Assembly: GCA_030603365.1 (NCBI GenBank)
Contig: JAUVXV010000007.1
Location: 64,001-128,000 of the forward strand
Length of the DNA: 64,000 bases
Reading direction: 5' to 3'
Origin: Candidatus Heimdallarchaeota archaeon
GTDB lineage: Archaea; Asgardarchaeota; Heimdallarchaeia; Heimdallarchaeales; Heimdallarchaeaceae
This document shows, piece after piece, positions 1 to 9,017 of the stretch (the first letter of the stretch is position 1; the number at the start of each line of letters is the position of its first letter). The notes under the pieces were generated by a model. It was not told the origin of the DNA and did not search any database. It saw only the letters and a program-made list of their open reading frames with translations. The position numbers and the translations under genes were made by a program.

Positions 1-2
1 AT

Positions 3-1286
3 GAATTCTCTCAAAGCATCACTTATGGTGATGATTTTCTGCTTAATATCACCCTAAATGATGATCTAAACAGTACATCTCAAGAAATAACGGAAATAAT
101 AATCAATGGGCAGAATCTTGATACTGAAAGTTTTGTCCAACAAATATATTCAGCAATTGATAACTCTGTTCTAATTATAATTTCTGCTCAAAACATAAAT
201 ATCTATCCTACGACAAAAGGCAGTCTTTCATTACAAATCTATGCTGCTTCTGCTTACTATTTCGATGATTTGAATAGCTCAGATGAGATAAATCTTGAGG
301 TTAACCCTATTATTGTTAATCTACAAATTTATGTTTCAAATTATTCAATCATTGAAAATAATAATGTAATATTTGATGTTTATCTTTCTGAACCAAATGG
401 GGATCCATTGGTTAATGCTAGAATTTTAATTTATATTGAAATCACTTTTGTAGATGTAATAGATACTTCGTTGGTTTATGCACTTTCATATAATGATTCA
501 TATTTCACAAATGAAGCAGGATATGTAGGAATACCTTTTGAGATGACTGAAGACATCGATTTTATAACAGCAAGAATCGTTTATGAAGGTGATGATACTC
601 ACGATTTTATTGAACAAATAATAGCAGATCCAATCTATACTATCCCTCCACTAGGTCTTCCAAAATATATTATCTATATTATTATTGCTAGCTCTATTGG
701 TCTAGCTGTTATTGCTTCTTATATTGTATATCGTATTGTGAGAAAGAAATCTATTGAGAAAGCTATGGCTGAAATAGATGAACAAACTATTTTACAGAAT
801 TTAGATAGAATTAATCCTGGAGTAGTTTTATGTATTTTTGAACAAACAAGAGGTGCCATGCCCTTAGTTAGAGAAGATTCTTTAGAAACAGAATACTTAT
901 CTAGAATGACTATAGGCGTTGATAATTTCTTATTGAAGATTTCTGATCAAGCTTATTCGAGTTTGGGTTTTGGTGAGGCTGTTCATGAAAGTAGAAGAAT
1001 TGGAACTATAATCCTCCCAAAAGAGAAAATGGCTGGGTTTATTCATGGTCTCCAACTTGAAATCGAATCAGCAAGAGGTGGACTTGAGAACTTAGTATTG
1101 GTAGTTCTTGTAGATGCCGATCATGATGAAATGATTTTGGCTAACAAACATCTTCTATATGATCTAATTGATGTCTTAAGAGAAATGCTACACGAGGAGA
1201 AAGCATTAAATGAAATTAGAGCACAGCTTGTAGAAATTCGAAAACAAACTGTTAGAATAATATTAGCTGCTCTTGAATTAGAATAA
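3..1286 (+). CDS. Single-pass membrane protein (5'-truncated by window): beta-rich ectodomain, TM helix, cytoplasmic uDENN/longin-like domain
   Basis: The frame is open from base 3 (EFSQSITYGDDFLLNITL...), so the TTG at 270 is not the real start. Ig-like beta-rich segment, then TM YIIYIIIASSIGLAVIASYIVY followed by RIVRKK. C-terminal motifs VVLCIFEQTRGAMPLV and ESARGGLENLVLVVLV. Confidence 0.75.
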   Translation, partial: EFSQSITYGDDFLLNITLNDDLNSTSQEITEIIINGQNLDTESFVQQIYSAIDNSVLIIISAQNINIYPTTKGSLSLQIYAASAYYFDDLNSSDEINLEVNPIIVNLQIYVSNYSIIENNNVIFDVYLSEPNGDPLVNARILIYIEITFVDVIDTSLVYALSYNDSYFTNEAGYVGIPFEMTEDIDFITARIVYEGDDTHDFIEQIIADPIYTIPPLGLPKYIIYIIIASSIGLAVIASYIVYRIVRKKSIEKAMAEIDEQTILQNLDRINPGVVLCIFEQTRGAMPLVREDSLETEYLSRMTIGVDNFLLKISDQAYSSLGFGEAVHESRRIGTIILPKEKMAGFIHGLQLEIESARGGLENLVLVVLVDADHDEMILANKHLLYDLIDVLREMLHEEKALNEIRAQLVEIRKQTVRIILAALELE

Positions 1287-1524
1287 AATTAGGTTAAGTA
1301 CTCTATATTTGTCTTCCAATATTTTGTTATATATGCAATAACACACAGTTTACACCGTCCTGAATATGGAAAAGAAACGCAGATAAGAAAAGTGGATAAC
1401 ATCCAACAAGTAGAATAAAATGAATAAAGTTAAAGAATTCGAAACAACGGGAATTTTTGCCAAATGTGACACATTTATTAACATGTATGAGTTAATAATA
1501 CATGAGTGATGTAACCTGACCGAT

Positions 1525-1944
1525 ATGACCAACGAGAAAAAGAAAGTAATTCGTTCAAAAGCGAGGCGTTTTGCGCTAGATCTATGGGATGCTCCGCTTG
1601 ATTCAGGTCTAGGTCTTTATCAATCAACTATCGGTGATTTATATGAAGGGTCATCACGAATCAGAATGTGCCTTAAGTGTGGTAAAATCAATTCTATTCA
1701 AGATCTAAAAAAAGAAACTCATTCTTGTGCCCTTTCCTTTAAAAGCTTTCCAGTCTTAGTTACCACAAGTTGGAAATTACTAGCAGACTTCTTTTTAACT
1801 TCTAAATATGTTGAAGCATTACAACAGCTCGGTGTTGAATTGGGTGTTCGTGAGAAAGCAACTATTACTGTTAAGGCTGAACTCAAAGTACCTATATCTA
1901 TTACTGAACAAGAATTAGCTGATGCATCTGTATCTAGTAGGTAG
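1525..1944 (+). CDS. Hypothetical protein, putative Zn-binding (CxxC...HxC)
   Basis: 139-aa ORF with CLKC and HSC, followed by a T-rich tract. Confidence 0.6.
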   Translation: MTNEKKKVIRSKARRFALDLWDAPLDSGLGLYQSTIGDLYEGSSRIRMCLKCGKINSIQDLKKETHSCALSFKSFPVLVTTSWKLLADFFLTSKYVEALQQLGVELGVREKATITVKAELKVPISITEQELADASVSSR

Positions 1945-2137
1945 AATTTAAATCAATTTCTTACTATTTTTTAGACTGTTTTTTGTAAAATTTTACTAAA
2001 AATATCTTTACCTTCTTGAAATTCTTCCGACATCTTCGGCCATATTTACCTCTATTTATTCTACAACTAACAATACCCGTATGTGTATTAAAACGCACTC
2101 TCGCACCAGATTAACCCTTATTTCCACCAAATAAAGA

Positions 2138-2207
2138 TGTCTGATTGTTTCAGACAATTCTTTCTTCTAAAAATGACTTTATAAAGGATGTCGGAGTTAT
2201 TCAGACA
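2138..2207 (+). promoter_or_regulatory. Two palindromic operators TGTCnGA-N5-TCAGACA flanking a TATA box
   Basis: TGTCTGA-ttgtt-TCAGACA at 2138-2156, TTTATAAA at 2178-2185, TGTCGGA-gttat-TCAGACA at 2189-2207. An extra half-site TCCGACA lies at 2026-2032. Confidence 0.65.
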
Positions 2208-2235
2208 TAGGAAAAAAAACCGAGGTAGAAAAAAA

Positions 2236-2415
2236 ATGGAAAACGAAATACGAAAACTGCTTGACCGCGATTACAGAAAACTCTGCGAAGATCTAAATCA
2301 ACTGTATAAGGTTCTTGCAACCAGATACCAGGAAAACCATAGCTATCTTCAACCAAAGATAGCATCTTCTTCCAGGTTTTCAGAACTAGAAATGAAAAGA
2401 AAATATTCAAGGTGA
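2236..2415 (+). CDS. Microprotein 1 (59 aa, helical)
   Basis: ATG at 2236 preceded by GAGGT SD; MENEIRKLLDRDYRKLCEDLNQLY... The track start at 2188 lies within the promoter/operator. Confidence 0.55.
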   Translation: MENEIRKLLDRDYRKLCEDLNQLYKVLATRYQENHSYLQPKIASSSRFSELEMKRKYSR

Positions 2416-2421
2416 ACAAAA

Positions 2422-2571
2422 ATGTCCCAACAAGAACTCTCCAGAACACTGGACCAAGAAATCAAGGCACTCCAAAAGGAGTTAAACGAGTTGAAAAAAG
2501 CTCGTCGCGCCCTTCGAGCAAAAGTACGCTCACAAAAGTTGTTAGTTCAGCGCATCCCCCTTGTGGGATGA
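2422..2571 (+). CDS. Microprotein 2 (49 aa, basic coiled coil)
   Basis: AGGTGA SD overlapping the previous stop; MSQQELSRTLDQEIKALQKELNELKKARRALRAKVRSQKLLVQRIPLVG with heptad pattern. Not in the ORF track. Confidence 0.6.
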   Translation: MSQQELSRTLDQEIKALQKELNELKKARRALRAKVRSQKLLVQRIPLVG

Positions 2572-2622
2572 ACTGAACAATCAATCCCTTTCATCAAAAT
2601 TGAAACGGAGGTGTAAAAGAAA

Positions 2623-2775
2623 ATGTTAAATCTTCCAAACTTTATCAACAAGCTAAAAGTAGAACAACCAAATGTCTATCTGTTTAGAATACTAAGAATA
2701 GTATTACCCCTTTTAGTAGCTGGAATAGTAGCAGTAGTTGGTTTAGCTCCTGAATTTGCCAGAATAGTTATTTAA
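2623..2775 (+). CDS. Microprotein 3 (50 aa, single TM helix)
   Basis: GGAGGTG SD; MLNLPNFINKLKVEQPNVYLFRILRIVLPLLVAGIVAVVGLAPEFARIVI, followed by a pyrimidine/T-rich tract. Not in the ORF track. Confidence 0.6.
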   Translation: MLNLPNFINKLKVEQPNVYLFRILRIVLPLLVAGIVAVVGLAPEFARIVI

Positions 2776-2848
2776 GAGTTAGAAAAGTGTCCCCCACTTT
2801 TCCTCTCCCTTTATTATTTTACGATTATCATCTCATCTAAGAACTCAC

Positions 2849-2966
2849 GCTGTTTGTATCTTGCTAAAACAGACAAACCAGCAGAGCTCACTATCTGCAA
2901 GGGATCAGGAAACAACAAACTCCTTAGAAAAGAGCTTGTGTGTGCCTTCCTAGTTTCCTGATCCTT
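2849..2966. other. Cluster of hairpins, possible structured RNA
   Basis: Perfect 12-bp inverted repeat GGATCAGGAAAC (2902-2913) / GTTTCCTGATCC (2953-2964) with inner pairing. Smaller stems GCTGTTTGT..ACAAACCAGC and GCAGA..TCTGC lie upstream. Confidence 0.4.
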
Positions 2967-3186
2967 CCCTCTTCTTTAAACAACTAATTTTTATTTGAAT
3001 GTTGGAATAATTTCTAAAGCAACTGTTTCCATCTTCGAATTTGTTCTTCCCAGTTGTTTCTCGGAAGGTTGATAATTCCAAAATCTAGTTGTTTATTCAT
3101 ATCTCACTTATTTCTAAGAAATTTATTAGCTTATTCTAGGGATGTTGGGCAATACTATTATAAACATCAAAAACAATTACTAGTTT

Positions 3187-5247
3187 GTGAATATTGAAAG
3201 ATTAATAGATCATTCTGAAATAACAGAAGCTCTCAAGCAAATAGAGGAACAGCTAGAGAATGATAAACTTACTGAAGAAGAGCAATTAGATCTACTAATT
3301 TTTAAGAGCGATGCTACATGTTTGAGTGGAAAATGTGAAAAAGGATTAGAACAGTCTATCGATTTAGTTAATAAAACACGAAGAATTGGCAACTCGTTGC
3401 TTGAAATAAAAGCTTCACTCCAAAGAGCAACTATATTGAACAGATTAAGAAGATATGATGAATCTAAAACTATTTTGGAGGAGACATTTTTACTTTTTCA
3501 GAATCTAGCAAACAAAGATGAGGAGGAATATAAAAAGAACTTAGCTAAATGGTATTCACTGAATGGTGTATACTTACATCTTCAGAAACAGTATAATGAT
3601 GGTTTAGAAGAATATGAAGAAAGTCTTCAAATACGAAGGGAAATTGATTATAAACATGGCATTGCTGAGATTTTAGTTGCTAAAGGACATTCTTATCTGA
3701 AAAAATTGGATTTTGAAAGATATCGAGAGCTTAATGAAGAAGCATATGAAATTTTCAAATCAGAAGACAATAAGAGGATGATGGGTGTTGCTTTGATAAA
3801 TATAGGAAATTCTCACATCTATAAAGGAGATATGCACACTGCAATCAAAATAAATCTAGAAGTATTAGAAATTCGAAAACAAATGGGAAAACAAACAAAT
3901 CTGTTTTATACTAATGATCGATTAGGATACCAGTACTGGAGGATTGGAGATCTAGATAAAGCATTTGAGCATTGGAAGGAAGGTTATGCTTTAACTAAGG
4001 ACATGAAGGATGAAAGAGGTATTTATAGTAGTTTTAAGAGCTTTGGGCTATATTACTATGAGTTGGGAAATCTCGAAAAGTCATTAGAGTATCAATATAA
4101 AGCACTAGAAAAGGCAAGAGAGATAAATATTAAACGTGATGTAACTTACGCTATTGCTGAAAGATTAACAGTAATTGGATATATTTATCTAAGAATGGGT
4201 GAATATGAAAAAGCTCTGGCAAGTATTGAGAAAGGAAAAACCAACATACCTGAGAAATATCATGATTTTATAAGAGCTGAGAACACTAAAGCTTTTGGTA
4301 TTTATTATACAACAGTTGGAGATTTTGAGAAGGCAGAAAAATTTCTTAATGAAGCTATGAAATTTTATGAAACAAGCCAACGACCTTATGATATCTATGA
4401 AGTATTACATTATCTAGGAATAGTATTTCATCAGAGAAATGAAACTAACAAGGCAATTTCTGTCTTGAAAAGAAGTTTAGAAATGAGTCTTCAAATGCAA
4501 GATAAAGTAACAATAGCAACAAATCTTCTAGAATTAACAAAGATATATACTCAGCAGTTCGATCTAGAGAATGCTAGATTTTACCAATTACAACTCTCTG
4601 AATTAAGCTCTAGTATTCAGTTAGCAACTATAAGTCTAAACAGTAAGATTGCTGAAGCAACAGTCCTGAAATTAAGTGAAAACCAGAGAGATAGAATAAA
4701 ATCAGAGACCATTTTTGAACAGATTATAGAAGAAAAAGCTTTATGGCATTCTCAGAAAATTTATGCAATACTATGTCTTTGTGAACTCTTTATTGAAGAC
4801 TTCTCTCATGAGGAGGACAAAGGAATTCTACTCAGAATTAAAGAACTCGTTGAGAAACTTCTCACCATCTCAAAAAGCCAGAATTCACCATCCTTAACGT
4901 GTGAAACATATTGGTTGCAATCTCAATTATCGATGTTCGATTTTGATTCTAAAACAGCAAGGGAATTATTAACAAATGCCTTAGAACTAGCACAAAAAAG
5001 AGGTTTAACCCTTCTAGAAGATAAATATAAATCTAAACTTGAAACATTAAGTAGTTTTGTCGCAAGCTGGAAAAACTTCACTTCTAAAACTGCTTCAGTT
5101 TCTGAAATAATAGAACAAACAGAACTAGATAGTACCATAAACGGAATGAAGAGAAATGGATCTCTATTCATGCAAGAACTACACAAACATACAAGCAATA
5201 GCAAAAAGATTTTTTCGACGGAATTAGAATTGAAACAGAGTCATTAA
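3187..5247 (+). CDS. Tetratricopeptide-repeat protein (Asgard-type long TPR)
   Basis: Repeated ~40-aa units of type LG..Y...GD.DKA......AL; C-terminal helical domain shared with 6607..8931. Confidence 0.85.
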   Translation: MNIERLIDHSEITEALKQIEEQLENDKLTEEEQLDLLIFKSDATCLSGKCEKGLEQSIDLVNKTRRIGNSLLEIKASLQRATILNRLRRYDESKTILEETFLLFQNLANKDEEEYKKNLAKWYSLNGVYLHLQKQYNDGLEEYEESLQIRREIDYKHGIAEILVAKGHSYLKKLDFERYRELNEEAYEIFKSEDNKRMMGVALINIGNSHIYKGDMHTAIKINLEVLEIRKQMGKQTNLFYTNDRLGYQYWRIGDLDKAFEHWKEGYALTKDMKDERGIYSSFKSFGLYYYELGNLEKSLEYQYKALEKAREINIKRDVTYAIAERLTVIGYIYLRMGEYEKALASIEKGKTNIPEKYHDFIRAENTKAFGIYYTTVGDFEKAEKFLNEAMKFYETSQRPYDIYEVLHYLGIVFHQRNETNKAISVLKRSLEMSLQMQDKVTIATNLLELTKIYTQQFDLENARFYQLQLSELSSSIQLATISLNSKIAEATVLKLSENQRDRIKSETIFEQIIEEKALWHSQKIYAILCLCELFIEDFSHEEDKGILLRIKELVEKLLTISKSQNSPSLTCETYWLQSQLSMFDFDSKTARELLTNALELAQKRGLTLLEDKYKSKLETLSSFVASWKNFTSKTASVSEIIEQTELDSTINGMKRNGSLFMQELHKHTSNSKKIFSTELELKQSH

Positions 5248-5250
5248 TAT

Positions 5251-6087
5251 TCACAAATCTTTCCAAACTCCATTAAAGACTATATATTTTCTTTTTAACA
5301 CAAAACCCAATGAATTAGCTATTCTAATACTTGCGATATTATCTTTTCTACAATGCCAATCAATTGTATAGATATTTTTATCTAAGCAATAGTCAATTGT
5401 AGCAGCTGTAAGAATTTTGGCTAAACCTTTTTTTCGATGTTTTTCAAATGTTACAACACCCAATTCACATTTTGTTCTCTTTTCATCTATATAATTACAA
5501 AAAACAACACTAGCAATTTCTTTATCATCATGAATAACACTAAAACCGAACCCTCGTTGCAGGTATTTCTCAGCTGTATCCCAAATAGATTGCATCCAAG
5601 AGGGGAGCAGACTATAATTTATCATATCGTTTCTCTTAACAAGTCTTTCATCAATTGGGACTATAGTATATCCTTCAGGAATACTTTTTTGCCAATCTAC
5701 GAATTCAGCTGATTTCAAGACGTAATAGTGATTTTGTTCTTCCTCCAGATCAGTGAATATTGTGAAGATTTTCTTCTTCCAATTCTGATCACAAATAACG
5801 CGAAATGATTTTCCGCCATATTTCTCAGAATATTTCTTAAGTAATATTTTAGAAATGAAATCCTTTAATTCTAAATTAAATTCATCATTCTTCTCATTTC
5901 CTGCAAGATAGAAGCATCTACAAGAAGTAAATAGCAAAGCAATTGTAGGTTTTTCTATATCATTTGCATAAAGTTCTCCAAACAAATTACCTTCAAAGAA
6001 AGAAACGACATTTAGATTAAAATTTTCAAGATATTCAAATAGGTAGCGTGCAGAACTAATCTTCTCTTTTTCTATTTGAAATATCAT
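5251..6087 (-). CDS. GNAT family N-acetyltransferase
   Basis: C-terminal GNAT motif ELGVVTFEKHRKKGLA and N.AS...A..LGF. Confidence 0.85.
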   Translation of the reverse strand: MIFQIEKEKISSARYLFEYLENFNLNVVSFFEGNLFGELYANDIEKPTIALLFTSCRCFYLAGNEKNDEFNLELKDFISKILLKKYSEKYGGKSFRVICDQNWKKKIFTIFTDLEEEQNHYYVLKSAEFVDWQKSIPEGYTIVPIDERLVKRNDMINYSLLPSWMQSIWDTAEKYLQRGFGFSVIHDDKEIASVVFCNYIDEKRTKCELGVVTFEKHRKKGLAKILTAATIDYCLDKNIYTIDWHCRKDNIASIRIANSLGFVLKRKYIVFNGVWKDL

Positions 6088-6182
6088 ATTAGAGCTCTCT
6101 ATTAAATGAATTTAAAGTTTATTCAAGATAATTCAGTTTTTTGAGAGAACTCTTTATAAATTTACACTACTAAGTACTGTTT

Positions 6183-6533
6183 ATGAGTGTCAATGAATTT
6201 TTCCTTGAGTTTCATGCTATAGATTCAAGAATTAAGAGTGGAAAGTATAAAAGTAGTGATAAACCTTACCAGGAATTTGCTCTGAATATGTTTAAACAAG
6301 CTGACTGCCAGTCCTTAACTTTAGATGATTCTATTAAAGCTGTTGAACTGCTCAATGATCTAAATGTCAAATTACACCAAGAATTCTTAGAATTAGGGGA
6401 AGGACATTGGTTATCTTCTGTTGCTGAGTATAAGACTCTACAAGATCAAGAGATATTGGTTTTTGTACTATATCCGATTGGAATCTCAGACTCAACTGAA
6501 GAACCGAAAATTTGTTTAGTAGAGATACCTTGA
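6183..6533 (+). CDS. Hypothetical protein
   Basis: 116-aa ATG ORF filling the gap, with a TTTATAAA box ~30 nt upstream. Confidence 0.6.
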   Translation: MSVNEFFLEFHAIDSRIKSGKYKSSDKPYQEFALNMFKQADCQSLTLDDSIKAVELLNDLNVKLHQEFLELGEGHWLSSVAEYKTLQDQEILVFVLYPIGISDSTEEPKICLVEIP

Positions 6534-6606
6534 GCACAAAAAACATCATATTAGCAACAAGTTTTATATTGATGATTGAAGTATCTTTTTTTTACGGGGT
6601 ATAAGA

Positions 6607-8931
6607 TTGTCAACTTCATATAGCAGTTTATTTTCTAAAGCACAACAGCTTTATCGTGAGGGTCTCTATGCTGAAGTTGATGTCCAGTTATCTAATCTTG
6701 AAAAACTTACCGAAATTACAGAAGAAGAAAATAAAAAGATAAGTTTACTGAAACTTAAAAATTTGATAAAACAAAAGAAAAATGAAAAAGCTTTGAATTA
6801 TGCAGACTCATTGATTTCTAATTATACAGATAAGGATACTGAATTGGAAAAAGTAAAGGTAATGCTTCACATAATTGAGGTTCAGATGAATTTAAGAGAA
6901 TGGGAAGAATCGACTATAATTATTATTTCAGCTGAAAAAACGCTAACTAAATACTCAAAATCACAGGAAGATGATGTTTTAGATCTTAATGCTAGATTGG
7001 AGTATGTTAAAGGTTGGGAATTTCTTGGAAAAAATCTTTATGACAGAGCACTTGACCATCTGGAAAAAAGTCTTGAAATGTACAGGGAATTGGGGGATAA
7101 ATATAAGATAGCTTTAGCAATGCGTTTAATCGCAACCAATTTATTCTATCTTGGTGAATTTGAGAGCTCAAGAAATTTTTATGATACATGTTTAGAGATT
7201 TTTAAGAGCTACAAATCAAGAATGGAAATTGCATCAGTTTATTTTGGCATTGCAGGTATTCACTATAGACGAGGAGAACTGAATCAAGCTTTGGAAATTG
7301 CAAGTAAATCATTAGCAATACGAGAACAAACAGATGATCAATATGAAATTGCTGGTTCTGTTCAAGGAATCGCTTACATCTATAGTCACATGGGAGATTT
7401 GGACAAAGGATTAGAATACCTTCGAAGATGCAAAATGATCTATGAAAAACTTGGATTTAAGCATGATGTAGCAAAATGTCTCATGGACATTCATGGTAAT
7501 TTTCGTCAAAAAGGTGAATACGATAGAGCTCTTGCAACTATTTTTGACTACTATAGTTTGAAAAAAGAACTTAATGATGAAAGATGTGTAGGTATTGCTT
7601 ACGGATACATTGGAACGATCTATGAAATAAAAGGTGAATTTGATGAAGCAATAATCAACTACCAGAAAGCTCTCAAGATGTTAACTAATTTTGATGTTGT
7701 TGATTCGATTTCAGATGTTCATTATAATTTGGGGAATATTCTTCATAAGAAAGGTGAAAATGAAGAATCTATTAAGCATCATCTTCAGGCTCTAGAAACT
7801 CGAAAGAAGGGCTATGGAGGTAGAAGTCAAGGAGTACTTATTGCAAAATCTCTGAAAAGTTTAATTCAGATAAATTTAGATTTAGAACTTCCGAAAACTG
7901 CTGAGAAGTATTTTGAAGAGCTTAAGGAAGTAGAAAGACAAGTAGAGAACAAAATAGTTTATTATCTTTACAGGCTTTCAGAGGGTCTCATTCTTAAGAA
8001 CAAACCATTGGATGAGAAAAAGGAGAGGGCAGGGATCATTTTTGAAGAGTTAAGTAAAGATACTATAATTGACTATACACTAACAGTTGAAGCTCTCTTA
8101 AATTTAGCAGATATTTTATTGTGGAAATTAAGTAAATCTGAAAGAGAGGATATCCTAAAGGAAGTTAAGGACATAATACTGAATCTAGAAACGATAGCTT
8201 CGGAAAAGAACTCATATGCTTTGTTGGCTGAGACTTATTTCTTACATGCTCAACTATCATTGATAGAACTGGAAACAGAGCAAACTCAGGAATTATTAAC
8301 AAATGCATTACAAATTGCAGATGATAAGGGTTTAAACAAATTAGCAATCAAAATTTCAAATGAATATGATAATCTACTTGATAAGCTAGATAGATGGGAA
8401 GATTTTACATTAAAATTACCATCAATTGCTGAAAAAATGGAACTAACTCACATTGAAAAACAACTTAACAATGTGATAAAAGGTAGGATGACTATAGATG
8501 TTGTCCAAGAAAATGAACAACCCATTCTTTTCTTCATGTTAGATCATAATGAAAGAATTCTATATTCCGAGCAATTTGATTCAGGTCTTACTCAAGAAAG
8601 AATAGACAAAATATTGATCGATGTACATAAAAAAATAAAAAAAGAAGCTATTCTTGGGAAACTACATCGAGCAAGAATTCAAGAACTAAATTGTGTAATC
8701 AGAAGTGAATTTGGTGTGATCTTGTGCTATTTCTTCATTGGGAAATCTTATTCAGGATTGAAGAAAATTGAAAACTTAGTTGAATTAATAGAAAACAACA
8801 AAGATGTCAAGGAAAAAGTAGAAATAATTTCTTGTTCAGATCAATCTCTTAGTGTCAATGATAGAATAAAACTAACAGAGCTGCTCGATGAGGTTCTTCT
8901 TGTAAAGAATGGGGAGATTCTTAGTAGTTAA
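6607..8931 (+). CDS. TPR protein with C-terminal longin/roadblock-like domain
   Basis: About 9 TPR units. C-terminal PILFFMLDHNERILYSEQF...VILCYFFIGKSY has a beta-beta-alpha-beta-beta-beta-alpha pattern. Confidence 0.8.
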   Translation: MSTSYSSLFSKAQQLYREGLYAEVDVQLSNLEKLTEITEEENKKISLLKLKNLIKQKKNEKALNYADSLISNYTDKDTELEKVKVMLHIIEVQMNLREWEESTIIIISAEKTLTKYSKSQEDDVLDLNARLEYVKGWEFLGKNLYDRALDHLEKSLEMYRELGDKYKIALAMRLIATNLFYLGEFESSRNFYDTCLEIFKSYKSRMEIASVYFGIAGIHYRRGELNQALEIASKSLAIREQTDDQYEIAGSVQGIAYIYSHMGDLDKGLEYLRRCKMIYEKLGFKHDVAKCLMDIHGNFRQKGEYDRALATIFDYYSLKKELNDERCVGIAYGYIGTIYEIKGEFDEAIINYQKALKMLTNFDVVDSISDVHYNLGNILHKKGENEESIKHHLQALETRKKGYGGRSQGVLIAKSLKSLIQINLDLELPKTAEKYFEELKEVERQVENKIVYYLYRLSEGLILKNKPLDEKKERAGIIFEELSKDTIIDYTLTVEALLNLADILLWKLSKSEREDILKEVKDIILNLETIASEKNSYALLAETYFLHAQLSLIELETEQTQELLTNALQIADDKGLNKLAIKISNEYDNLLDKLDRWEDFTLKLPSIAEKMELTHIEKQLNNVIKGRMTIDVVQENEQPILFFMLDHNERILYSEQFDSGLTQERIDKILIDVHKKIKKEAILGKLHRARIQELNCVIRSEFGVILCYFFIGKSYSGLKKIENLVELIENNKDVKEKVEIISCSDQSLSVNDRIKLTELLDEVLLVKNGEILSS

Positions 8932-9017
8932 TTACATTAAGAAATGTCTTAAAAAAATCTTGTTAATGTCTTGAGCAAATGTATTTAATAAGTGAAATTA
9001 TGTTATATTTGACAGAG

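Noticed and set aside
2236-2775. One long recoded (selenocysteine/readthrough) ORF, since the three small ORFs share a frame and two end in TGA
   Set aside because: Each ORF has its own SD and ATG, a TAA also intervenes at 2614-2616, there is no redox-motif context, and I could not identify a SECIS core in the downstream hairpin.
2236-5247. RRNPP-type quorum-sensing pair (peptide plus TPR receptor)
   Set aside because: No classical signal-peptide propeptide, no HTH on the TPR protein, and such TPR genes are abundant here, so adjacency is weak evidence. Kept only as a side hypothesis.
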